Assembly: GCA_938042355.1 (NCBI GenBank)
Contig: CALIRD010000099.1
Location: 6 to 64,005 of the forward strand
DNA: 64,000 nucleotides
Reading direction: 5' to 3'
Source: an uncultured Thiotrichales bacterium
GTDB taxonomy: Bacteria > Pseudomonadota > Gammaproteobacteria > CAZUMV01
The notes under the pieces are model-generated. The model saw nothing but the letters and a program-made list of their open reading frames with translations, had not been told where the DNA came from and made no database searches. This document shows positions 49,427 through 58,396 of the stretch, in pieces. The first letter of the stretch is position 1. Every line of letters starts with the position of its first letter. The position numbers and the translations under genes are program-made.

Positions 49427-50248
49427 TTGAATATTGCTGCTTTAGTGCGCGATCCTTTAGTCCATTTTTTACTGTTCGGTTTTGTATTATTTGTGGCTGT
49501 GGAATTTATTTTTGATGCCCGGCAAGAAAGTTTTGATTCTAAAAATATAATAGTTACACAGGCGCGGCAGGATCAGTTAGAGGCACAGTTCGCCAATACC
49601 TGGAATCGCCAACCGACAGAAGCAGAAACAAGTGGACTGATTGATACCTTCGTTATGGAAGAGGTGTATTATCGCGAGGCTCTAAAACTCGGGCTGGATA
49701 ATAATGACCCTTTGATCAGGCGTCGTTTGCAACAGAAGCTGGAATACCTGCAGGAGGATATGGCCAGTTTGGAAGAGCCTGATGATGATCAGCTCTCTAC
49801 CTGGTATCAACAAAACAAGGCTCGTTTTGCATCTCCACCTAAATATACCTTCCAGCAATTACTGTTGAGGAGTGAAGACCTTACAAAGATTGATGAGATC
49901 ATTGCCTCTTTGAATAACGGTAGTGCAGTACCAGCAAGCTTTAATGCATCTGGCCTGTTAGAAACCAATAACACAGCATTGAGCTCTCAAACGATAGTGA
50001 ATCGATTTGGTGAAAGTTTTGGCAGGCAATTAACTCAATTGACGCCTGCTAAAACCTGGCAAGGACCTGTCAATTCAAGCTTTGGCACACATCTGGTTGT
50101 ATTGTATAAAGTAATCGAGGCTCAAACACCTGGTTTGTCAGAGGTTAGAGAGCGCGTGTTACAGGAGTATTATGCTGAACGACGTGAAGAGGCAAAAATC
50201 GCGACTCAGAGTAAGCTCAAAAATAGCTATGTTATTGTCATTGATTAA
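49427..50248 (+). CDS. Membrane-anchored parvulin-type peptidyl-prolyl isomerase-like protein
   Basis: N-terminal TM helix. C-terminal GPVNSSFGTHLVVLYKV resembles the parvulin PPIase core. TTG start, weak RBS. Confidence 0.45.
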   Translation: MNIAALVRDPLVHFLLFGFVLFVAVEFIFDARQESFDSKNIIVTQARQDQLEAQFANTWNRQPTEAETSGLIDTFVMEEVYYREALKLGLDNNDPLIRRRLQQKLEYLQEDMASLEEPDDDQLSTWYQQNKARFASPPKYTFQQLLLRSEDLTKIDEIIASLNNGSAVPASFNASGLLETNNTALSSQTIVNRFGESFGRQLTQLTPAKTWQGPVNSSFGTHLVVLYKVIEAQTPGLSEVRERVLQEYYAERREEAKIATQSKLKNSYVIVID

Positions 50249-50260
50249 TCTGATTACAGA

Positions 50261-51253
50261 ATGCGTATTTTTCGATCCTGCTTACTGATGGTTTTCCTGT
50301 TGCTCTCGTCAGTAGCCAACGCTGACGAGCTACGCCCTGCTTATCTGGCTCTGCAAGAAGTAAAAACTCACACTTTTACAGTGCTTTGGAAGTACCCACT
50401 AAACGCTAAATCTATAAATGAACTAACCGTGATCCACCCGGCTGGATGTGAAGTCCAGGGAGAAGAGAACCGCTGGTTTGATGAGCTATACGTTGTTAGT
50501 CGATGGAATCTGATTTGCGAGAATGGTTTAGCGAACAAGTCTCTTGGCGTGACAGGTCTGGACAGTACATCTACTGAGCTGTTACTTCGAATTGAGTTTC
50601 TTGATAGCACTACATTTGTTGAGAGGCTTACGCCTGTTCGCAACAGCATCATAGTGCCTGAGAGACCGACATTAAACGGCGTCATCAAAAGTTATTTTGT
50701 TATCGGTATGGAACACATACTCACCGGAACGGATCATCTGTTATTCGTGTTGTGCATCATGCTCTTGATCAAATGCAACAAAAACCTGCTATTAGCTATT
50801 ACAGCATTCACTATGGCGCATAGCATTACGTTGATTTTGGCGACTCTCGGTTACATCAGCTTGAATCCGGTGCTGGTGGAAACATTGATTGCTCTAAGTA
50901 TCGTGTTTCTGGCGTATGAGGTCATACGCGAGCATAAAGGGCTCTCCGGTTTGAGTGCACGTTATCCGTGGAGTGTTATTTTTATTTTTGGCCTGATGCA
51001 CGGACTCGGTTTTGCGGGCGCATTGGGTGAACTTGGCTTGCCGCAAAATGATATTCCTGTGGCACTCTTGTTTTTTAATCTAGGTGTCGAGGTAGGGCAG
51101 CTACTTTTCATTTGCTGTGTGATGGTATTGATGTGGATGCTACGCATCTTGACTAGAAAGAGGTTAGACAACTTAAAACCTTTTCCTGCGTACGCAATAG
51201 GTATTGCGGCATCATTTTGGTTCTTTCAGCGGTTGACCAGCTTGTGGAGTTAA
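50261..51253 (+). CDS. HupE/UreJ-family membrane protein (putative Ni/Co transporter) with N-terminal periplasmic domain
   Basis: Signal peptide. The C-terminal half has six TM helices carrying LTGTDHLLFVL and LMHGLGFAGALGELG motifs. Confidence 0.65.
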   Translation: MRIFRSCLLMVFLLLSSVANADELRPAYLALQEVKTHTFTVLWKYPLNAKSINELTVIHPAGCEVQGEENRWFDELYVVSRWNLICENGLANKSLGVTGLDSTSTELLLRIEFLDSTTFVERLTPVRNSIIVPERPTLNGVIKSYFVIGMEHILTGTDHLLFVLCIMLLIKCNKNLLLAITAFTMAHSITLILATLGYISLNPVLVETLIALSIVFLAYEVIREHKGLSGLSARYPWSVIFIFGLMHGLGFAGALGELGLPQNDIPVALLFFNLGVEVGQLLFICCVMVLMWMLRILTRKRLDNLKPFPAYAIGIAASFWFFQRLTSLWS

Positions 51254-52134
51254 GTAACGTCGCTTATGGCAATACCGAACAATGGGTGTTGCAACTGGTG
51301 CTGGCAGTTATTGTACTGGGAATAGCGCTCGATATTTCTCCATCAGATTTTCGAAAGGTAATTAAATCTCCACGAGCACCACTCTGTGGTTTAACTGCGC
51401 AGTTTTTTTTATTGCCAATGTTGACCCTGATATTGACATTGATGTTGGAGCTGCCAGCAGGAATTGAGTTAGGTATGTTACTGGTTGCCGCTTGTCCAGG
51501 TGGTGCTATTTCGAATTTCATTACTTATTTATCTGGCGGTAATACAGCCCTCTCAATCACTATGACTGCTGCTGCAAGTACTCTGGCAATTGTCTTGATG
51601 CCATTTAACTTTGTCTTCTGGAGTCAGTTAAATCCTGAGGCCGTCGCATTAATGCAGCAAATTGAAGTCAGCAGTCGCGATTTAGTGACCACGGTAATTC
51701 TGGTATTGGCAATTCCACTCTCACTGGGTTTTACCATCAAGCATTACTTGCCTGTTCTGGCTGGGCGATTGCACCTGCTCTTGAAATATTCTTCTATTCT
51801 GGCTTTGTTCGCCTTTATTGCATTTGCGGTCATACAAAACCTGGAAGCTTTTCAGAAATATTTCAGTTTATTAATTGTGGTGGTGTTGATACATAACAGT
51901 CTGGCGTACGCTATAGGATATTTCACGGCTTACCTAAACGGGGTTGAGCTGGCTGATCGAAAAGCTATAACCATTGAGGTTGGCATGCAAAATTCTACGC
52001 TGGCAATCGCGATTGTGTTCACTCAGTTTGACGGTGAAGCTGGTATGGCGCTGATCAGCGCTTTCTGGGGTACCTGGCATCTTGTATCGGGATTATTGAT
52101 AGCGATTGTTTTCAGGAAATGCCTTCCCTCTTGA
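51217..52134 (+). CDS. Bile acid:sodium symporter (BASS) family transporter
   Basis: LLVAACPGGAISNFITYLSGGNTALS signature. Start uncertain: TTG at 51217 overlaps the previous gene, and an in-frame GTG at ~51290 is an alternative. Confidence 0.7.
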   Translation: MVLSAVDQLVELSNVAYGNTEQWVLQLVLAVIVLGIALDISPSDFRKVIKSPRAPLCGLTAQFFLLPMLTLILTLMLELPAGIELGMLLVAACPGGAISNFITYLSGGNTALSITMTAAASTLAIVLMPFNFVFWSQLNPEAVALMQQIEVSSRDLVTTVILVLAIPLSLGFTIKHYLPVLAGRLHLLLKYSSILALFAFIAFAVIQNLEAFQKYFSLLIVVVLIHNSLAYAIGYFTAYLNGVELADRKAITIEVGMQNSTLAIAIVFTQFDGEAGMALISAFWGTWHLVSGLLIAIVFRKCLPS

Positions 52135-52147
52135 GTAAACCCGGGCG

Positions 52148-54091
52148 TCAAGGTCTTACAATTTCAAACCAGAAATCAAAGTCATCCAATAACCCAAAAA
52201 ATGATTGTAATGCATTAACATTACCACTCACATCCAGTAAGTTTTCTTGAGCCAGCTGGGCAATTGTTTTACTCCCAAGGTTTAATTGATCCAGTGCAGT
52301 ACGTGACATACTCAAGCTGGCAGTTGGGTTGTTATCTTGAGTATTGAGTCTGTGGTGTAGAGTGCCATTGCTAACAATCAATAGCGCAGTTTCGCCGGTG
52401 TCGGTTAGTTTGAAGTTAAAACGCCAGTCATTAGTGGCAGCTTTTGGACCGTTTAGACGAACGGCCAGTGTATCGAAGTATAAGTCGAGTGGGATGGCTC
52501 TAACCATATCAGCGCTTGATGTTCTCGGAGTCGGTAGATCGAGTACACCTCTGCGTAGTTCGGCAGCCCCACTCAAATAGAAGTTTCTCCATGATCCCGA
52601 TTCGGCTCTGAAGCCTAATTGCTCATAGGTATCTGCGAGTAAATTACTGGCGGCTGAATTTTCAGGTTGGGCAAACACTAAATGATTAAGCGCTGTCGCT
52701 ACAAACCGGTATTCGCCATTAACATAATCCTGCCTGGCTTTTTTCAGGATTGCTGCGCTGCCACCCATATAATCTACGTATTTTCGTGCTGCTGCCACAG
52801 GCTCCAATGGATCAAGGTTGGCTGGGTTGCCATCAAAATAACCGTAGTAAAGTTGGTATTGTGCTTTAGAGTTGTGACTGACAGTGCCGTAGTAATCGCG
52901 GTTGGCAAATGATCCAGCTATGGCATCCGGTAATTCAAGTCTTTCCGGGATTTCATGCATAGTATAACCATGGTTCGATAATCGCAGCGTTTGATCATGA
53001 ATGTAACGATATAAATCACGCTGACCTGTCCAGAACGATATGATTTTATCGTTGCCCCATGTAGGCCAGTGATGTGAACCAAAAGACACTTCTGTTCGTG
53101 ACCCAAAGCGGGTAATTACTTGATCAATATATTGACTCCAACGTCGACCATCACGAACTTTGGCGCCCCGCGGGGTATACATGTTATGCAGAGTGCGATT
53201 GATAATTTCTGCCTGGCAAAATGCCTTGAATTCGGGCAAAAAGAACATGAATTCAGTCGGCGCCTCTGCGCCCAAAGCCAACAAAAATTCGAAAGTGATA
53301 CCATCGATAATCATCGAGGTTGTGCTCTCTGTAATTTCTCTGGTTGGCCGTATCAGACCGGGTGTGCCACTGGAAATAGCCTGGCCCAATCCGACACCTA
53401 CTTGTCCTTGTGGGGATTTGGGTAATAACGAACCAAACATATAACTCGCGCGCCGCCCCATTTGATTGCCAGCGAGTATGTTTTCGCTAATGGTTTCACG
53501 AGTAAAACCGACAGGAGCAATCACTTCAGTTCCTGATGACAGGTCTTGCTCTGAAATTATTCCACGAACACCACCGTAGTGATCCAGATGCGAGTGTGTA
53601 AATAATACTGCGCTGATTTTACGCTTACCTAGTTCTTGCTCAACCAGACTCAGTGCAGTCGCGGCAGTTTCTTTAGTGATTAACGGGTCTATAACTATCC
53701 AGCCAGTATTGCCTTCAATAAAAGTGATGTTGGAAAGATCAAAACCCCGCACCTGATAAATTCCATCCATGACTTTATACAGACCATGTTTGGCGGCGAG
53801 TTGACTTTGTCGCCACAAACTTGGGTTTACTGATGCAGGTCGCTCGCCTTGCAGAAAGTCATAAGCACCAAAATCGTAAACAACCTGACCATTGTCACTG
53901 GTGACCGTGGTGTTTTCCAGGGTGGCGATAAAGCCACGCTCCGCCTGTTCATAATCATCACGATTACTGAAATCCAGTGTCTGTGAAATGTAGGAGGATT
54001 TTTCCGGGGCAAGTAGAGATCTTTCAATACTATTTGAAGCACACGCGCTCAATGACAACACGCACACACCTATGACAAGCAAATTCTTCAT
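52148..54091 (-). CDS. MBL-fold alkyl/aryl-sulfatase (SdsA1-type) lipoprotein with C-terminal SCP2-like domain
   Basis: THSHLDHYGG metal motif. Start set at the internal ATG giving MKNLLVIGVCVLSLSACASNS (lipobox). The track's upstream extension to 54244 is rejected. Confidence 0.85.
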   Translation of the reverse strand: MKNLLVIGVCVLSLSACASNSIERSLLAPEKSSYISQTLDFSNRDDYEQAERGFIATLENTTVTSDNGQVVYDFGAYDFLQGERPASVNPSLWRQSQLAAKHGLYKVMDGIYQVRGFDLSNITFIEGNTGWIVIDPLITKETAATALSLVEQELGKRKISAVLFTHSHLDHYGGVRGIISEQDLSSGTEVIAPVGFTRETISENILAGNQMGRRASYMFGSLLPKSPQGQVGVGLGQAISSGTPGLIRPTREITESTTSMIIDGITFEFLLALGAEAPTEFMFFLPEFKAFCQAEIINRTLHNMYTPRGAKVRDGRRWSQYIDQVITRFGSRTEVSFGSHHWPTWGNDKIISFWTGQRDLYRYIHDQTLRLSNHGYTMHEIPERLELPDAIAGSFANRDYYGTVSHNSKAQYQLYYGYFDGNPANLDPLEPVAAARKYVDYMGGSAAILKKARQDYVNGEYRFVATALNHLVFAQPENSAASNLLADTYEQLGFRAESGSWRNFYLSGAAELRRGVLDLPTPRTSSADMVRAIPLDLYFDTLAVRLNGPKAATNDWRFNFKLTDTGETALLIVSNGTLHHRLNTQDNNPTASLSMSRTALDQLNLGSKTIAQLAQENLLDVSGNVNALQSFFGLLDDFDFWFEIVRP

Positions 54092-54185
54092 TTTACATAC
54101 TCGATGTTCGTTGATTATAGTGAAACGATACAGGATGGCTCCGACAAGATCGAGAATCCTGATGACGAAATCCAGCAATGAATAT

Positions 54186-55616
54186 TTAGCGCAACAACAG
54201 AATAACTGCAGCCAGAAGTAGCAGTGGTAGCCATACAAAGACACGATCAGTGTTTGTTTTTTGTCTCAAAATACGAGAATAGGCAAGCTGGTGGTTTTGT
54301 ACCAGCAAGAATGCAGGTTTGTTGATAAACCAGGGTAAAAGTTTATGTAAAGTATGCTGCAACAAGAAGCGTATCACCCACATTTTCATGCGCCAAGGTG
54401 ACTGATTATACTGATAGGGAAACACTGTCTGCACCAGTTTTACGAGTGCTTCGGATTCGACGAGACGGTGCTGTTCATACCGTTTAAAGTCATCGGAAAT
54501 GTCAGCTTGATCTGTCATATAGGTTTCCAGTTCGTATAAATCTTCCAATGCTGAATTCACACCCAGGCCAAGATCAGGAGGAAAGGCATGAGCTGCATCT
54601 CCAATCAACAGACAATGGGTAGGAGTTTCTTCTCTGCCTACACGTGCGTATAAAGATAGAGCATGTTGTGGTGATGGAAACTTACCGGCGGTCAAACTGA
54701 CAAAATCAGACGCTTCTTCTTTTGATATCAGATTCGGTATATCCAGTTGCGGAAAAGCCTCTGTGAGATAGGTAATTAAATCGTCTGCTTCTTTGAGTGT
54801 CCACAAATGGTGATCCGCTTCCCGGATTATGTTGACGCTTCTGGGATGCTCTGCATTTGCAACGGGAAAGCCAAACAATGCCATTGCTTTGGTTCTGTCT
54901 TTATGAATTGAGGGAAATACATAAGCCATGCGATGGTCATTCACCTCTGACTGCTGTCCTTTGATAGAAAAATTCGGGGGCAGATTCAATACCTTGTAAA
55001 AAAGCTTGGCACTCGGTGATTCATACTTCTTCATCTCAAAATGACTGTCAGGCATTGCTGGCCAATCAGAAAGTAATTTTCGTGTAGTGGAGGTTAATCC
55101 ATCGCAGGCCAGCAATATATCCGGTGAGAATTGAAGTTCTGTGTCTTGAGAGTCAGTAATGGTTACGAGTGCTTTTCCATTTTCTGCTTCTGTAATGCTG
55201 GAGAGGGAATGGTCATAGAGCAGCTTGATGCTGTCATCAGTTCGTCTCTGCACCGCCTGATACAACATGGTTTGTAAATTTCGTCGTGTTGTCCAGTAAC
55301 AGGTGACTCTGTCTTTGTCGATAATCGGTGAATCAATAGTTTTGCTGCTTCCATCGGGGAGTATGGTGGTAGCGTGAAATGATTTGTTGGCAACGCCGAA
55401 TGATTCAAGGTCTTTCATCAGACCCAGTCGCTTCAGCAGCTTTTGACCGCGTCCATCGATCTGATAGGTAAATGCTTTGTTTTTTTCAAAATCTTTTGCT
55501 GAACTTCTGCGCTCGACTACCGTGATATTCTGGTAACCAAGGTCAGCAAAAAGTAAGGCAGCGGCAAGCCCGCTTGGACCGGCCCCAATGATTAATACTT
55601 TGTCGGCAATATTCAT
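54186..55616 (-). CDS. FAD-dependent monooxygenase, kynurenine-3-monooxygenase-like, with C-terminal membrane anchor
   Basis: VLIIGAGPSGLAAALLFADLG and LIGDAAHAFPPDLGLGVNSALEDL. Hydrophobic C-terminus LPLLLLAAVILLL. Confidence 0.8.
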   Translation of the reverse strand: MNIADKVLIIGAGPSGLAAALLFADLGYQNITVVERRSSAKDFEKNKAFTYQIDGRGQKLLKRLGLMKDLESFGVANKSFHATTILPDGSSKTIDSPIIDKDRVTCYWTTRRNLQTMLYQAVQRRTDDSIKLLYDHSLSSITEAENGKALVTITDSQDTELQFSPDILLACDGLTSTTRKLLSDWPAMPDSHFEMKKYESPSAKLFYKVLNLPPNFSIKGQQSEVNDHRMAYVFPSIHKDRTKAMALFGFPVANAEHPRSVNIIREADHHLWTLKEADDLITYLTEAFPQLDIPNLISKEEASDFVSLTAGKFPSPQHALSLYARVGREETPTHCLLIGDAAHAFPPDLGLGVNSALEDLYELETYMTDQADISDDFKRYEQHRLVESEALVKLVQTVFPYQYNQSPWRMKMWVIRFLLQHTLHKLLPWFINKPAFLLVQNHQLAYSRILRQKTNTDRVFVWLPLLLLAAVILLLR

Positions 55617-55625
55617 TGACTGTGT

Positions 55626-56795
55626 TTATAAAGCCACTGTGGCAGGGTCATACATGGTTAAGCCCAAAGTGTCTTCCGTGCGTAAGGGGTTTTTTGCCAG
55701 TGCGTAAGGATCCTGTCCCATTAGTGTGTCTCCACCACGATGTGATTCGAGATGCACTTTAGTGACCCGTTCAAGACGTCCGTCTTGATAGTGTTCTAAT
55801 GCTGCTTGTGTGTCTTCAAATTCAATCAGACAGCGTGACATGATGATGGCATCTTCCAATGCGGTGGCTGCGCCTTGTCCAAACCATGGCAACATCGGGT
55901 GGGCGGCATCACCCAGCACTGCTGCATTGGTTTTGATCCACTGTTGCAAAGGCTGTCGCGCAAACAAACCCCATTTATGAATGTCGGTTCCTTTGAATGC
56001 GCCGAGGACGGTATTCACCTCAGGATGAAAATCTGAAAACAGAGTTTGCAAGGTAGAAAGTTTGCCGGTCTGTGACCATCCTTCGGCAGCCCAGTCGTCT
56101 GCTTTTGAAAAAGCGACCACATTTTGTATCGCGCCTTGACGCACCGGATAACGCACACAAATACGTCCGGGAGAAATAAACACGGATGATCCAGCCTGAA
56201 GATCCAGTTCTGCTACATCAGCGGTTGGAATAAGTCCTCGCCAGGCAACATAGCCGGTAAATTCAGCATCATCTTCAGTAAAAACCATTCTTCTCACAGT
56301 AGACTTGAGTCCGTCAGCGCCAATCAATAAATCTGTGCTGCATTGATCGCCATTACTGAAGTCGAGATGGTAGGTATCATCTTCCTCAGTAATGTTGGTC
56401 AATTCTGCGGCAAGTGTTATGCCCTCAGGTTTGAGTTCCAAATACGCATCGGTCAGTAGTTGATGCAGGTCGGCGCGATGCATTTGTAAATAAGGTGCAC
56501 CCAATTTTTCTTCGGTATGTTTTCGATCAATAAGTACAAGCACTTCACCGGTTTCAAAATGCCGGGTGATTTGGATCGGAGGCTCATCGGCCTGAGCTCT
56601 GATTGCGTCACCCAGACCAAGATAGCGTAGTGCTTTTACTGCATTAGGTGAAAGTGAAATACCAGCACCGACTTCACCCAGTTCTCTAGCTTGTTCATAA
56701 ACATGTACCTCGCGTCCTGCTCTGGCAAGACCAAGGGCGAGCGCAAGACCGCCTAGTCCTGCGCCTATAATTACTGTGGGATGATGGTGTGACAT
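55626..56795 (-). CDS. FAD-dependent monooxygenase (salicylate-hydroxylase-like)
   Basis: VIIGAGLGGLALALGLARAG and VLGDAAHPMLPWFGQGAATALEDA. Confidence 0.85.
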   Translation of the reverse strand: MSHHHPTVIIGAGLGGLALALGLARAGREVHVYEQARELGEVGAGISLSPNAVKALRYLGLGDAIRAQADEPPIQITRHFETGEVLVLIDRKHTEEKLGAPYLQMHRADLHQLLTDAYLELKPEGITLAAELTNITEEDDTYHLDFSNGDQCSTDLLIGADGLKSTVRRMVFTEDDAEFTGYVAWRGLIPTADVAELDLQAGSSVFISPGRICVRYPVRQGAIQNVVAFSKADDWAAEGWSQTGKLSTLQTLFSDFHPEVNTVLGAFKGTDIHKWGLFARQPLQQWIKTNAAVLGDAAHPMLPWFGQGAATALEDAIIMSRCLIEFEDTQAALEHYQDGRLERVTKVHLESHRGGDTLMGQDPYALAKNPLRTEDTLGLTMYDPATVAL

Positions 56796-56797
56796 AT

Positions 56798-58393
56798 TTA
56801 AAGACCCAATACACCCGGGTTCATGAGGTTGTCCGGGTCAAGTCTGGATTTGATACTTTTGAGTAGAGATAGGGAGGCTTCGTTTCGTTCACGCGTATAG
56901 GGATAAGTGCGGCCAATTTGATAATGTGTGCCTCCATGTTGATACATCAGATCAATAATTGATTCTTTAATTTGATCGACTACCTGCTGTGCTTCAGGAT
57001 TCGCATCAGCCTCATTCATTAGATTCAGTATTTCTGCAGACATGGTTTTTTTATGAAGTTCAGGCCATTCATCCGGCCAGTAAATGACGCATTCCCATAG
57101 AAACCCGGCTGTTCCGCAGGTGGCGTATACCACGCAAATATCAATATCATGTTGTTTGCATAGTTCATCATGTTCGGCGAGCAATGCATCAAAACCTTGT
57201 TGTAGCTGGTTGGCTTGCGAGTAGGGAACAATGGTATGCAATGGCAATAGACGTTTTCCCGCTGGTCCCAAAACCATAGGGTCAGGAAATGGGGTTTCCT
57301 GAGTCATGACTGCCACGGTGTTGGCAGTCTCGACACCTTTATTTCCAGCGAACTCTCTAATTCTGGCGACATTGGCGTTCAGTTCTCTTTTGCTAGCTCC
57401 TTCGGTGAGAAAATTAATCAGATATTTAGAATTATCTAGAAAGCTGCGACCATTTTTAGCAATGTTGAGAACTTTGCCCAGCGTGGCTAATGGTTTATCG
57501 GAGTGTTTAATCATTTGCAGCATTTGACGGGCATCGTTCATCAGGTCCGGTGTGCCAGCGACCATTTTCACCAACCTGGTTTCAGCACCAAAAATTTCAG
57601 TAGAAACTTTATGTCTTGATATAAGACGGACAGCCTCCAACAATGACGGAAAGTCATCAAAGGAATAAGAAAGGCCAGTAGATTTAACCGGTAGAGGTTC
57701 CAGTCTGAGCGTGATCGCTGTTTTTATACCCAGCGCACCAGAGTCACCGCAGAAGACGCCGGTTAAATCAGGACCGTACTCCCGGTAAAAGGCACTGTGT
57801 TCTGGTTGGCCAGCGGAACCAGTGACCATAACACTGCCATCGGCGAGTACAACTTCAAGGCCAATAGTGGCGCTGATTGATGAACCATTACGTGATGATC
57901 CCAAAGTCACTGCACCTTGAGAGACCGCACCGCCCACGCTGGATACCTTGCCGGACATCGGCCCCCAAAAAATACTTCTCACGGAATGCTTGCGCAGTTC
58001 TTGTTCCAGTTGTAGCCAGGTACATCCCGCTTCGACAGTCACATACAAATCATGGGCATTGATTTTACGTATGCGGTTCAGTCTTGAAGTATCAAGAATA
58101 ATTGCATGGCTTTGCGTGGGCAGGTGTGCATCGGTATAGGACATGCCGCCACCGCGCGTGAAAATTGCGGTTTTGGTGCGGCTGGCTGCACTAACAATTG
58201 CGCTGGTCTCTTTAGTGTTTGAAGGTGAGACGAGCGCCAGTGGTGTGTGACCAGAACGATAAACATCCTGTGCCGCGAGTGTTAAGGAGGCTTCATCGGT
58301 GACAACATGTTCGTCACCGATAAGATCTTTCATATCCTGAAGTAACGCAGTTACTTCAGATTCTGTAGCCTGTGCGACTGGTTGTGATGACAT
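56798..58393 (-). CDS. FAD-linked oxidase (FAD_binding_4 / vanillyl-alcohol-oxidase-like)
   Basis: The N-terminal PCMH-type FAD-binding domain is recognised here mainly by overall layout and contains ...FTRGGGMSYTDAHLP. 531 aa. Its stop is 2 nt from the next ATG. Confidence 0.75.
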   Translation of the reverse strand: MSSQPVAQATESEVTALLQDMKDLIGDEHVVTDEASLTLAAQDVYRSGHTPLALVSPSNTKETSAIVSAASRTKTAIFTRGGGMSYTDAHLPTQSHAIILDTSRLNRIRKINAHDLYVTVEAGCTWLQLEQELRKHSVRSIFWGPMSGKVSSVGGAVSQGAVTLGSSRNGSSISATIGLEVVLADGSVMVTGSAGQPEHSAFYREYGPDLTGVFCGDSGALGIKTAITLRLEPLPVKSTGLSYSFDDFPSLLEAVRLISRHKVSTEIFGAETRLVKMVAGTPDLMNDARQMLQMIKHSDKPLATLGKVLNIAKNGRSFLDNSKYLINFLTEGASKRELNANVARIREFAGNKGVETANTVAVMTQETPFPDPMVLGPAGKRLLPLHTIVPYSQANQLQQGFDALLAEHDELCKQHDIDICVVYATCGTAGFLWECVIYWPDEWPELHKKTMSAEILNLMNEADANPEAQQVVDQIKESIIDLMYQHGGTHYQIGRTYPYTRERNEASLSLLKSIKSRLDPDNLMNPGVLGL

Positions 58394-58396
58394 CGA

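Noticed and set aside
17839-49435. Recurring TTGAATAT(T) strings in several promoter regions and gene starts (17840, 30820, 34972, 39375, 49427)
   Set aside because: Short AT-rich 8-mer expected by chance in AT-rich intergenic DNA. Only the 17838-17851 instance forms a full palindrome, so only that is reported.
54092-54244. 51-codon N-terminal extension of the alkylsulfatase ORF (MSLYGYHCYFWLQLFCCC...)
   Set aside because: The extension would overlap the converging monooxygenase gene and lacks a signal peptide. The internal ATG at 54091 gives a perfect lipoprotein signal (LSLSAC).
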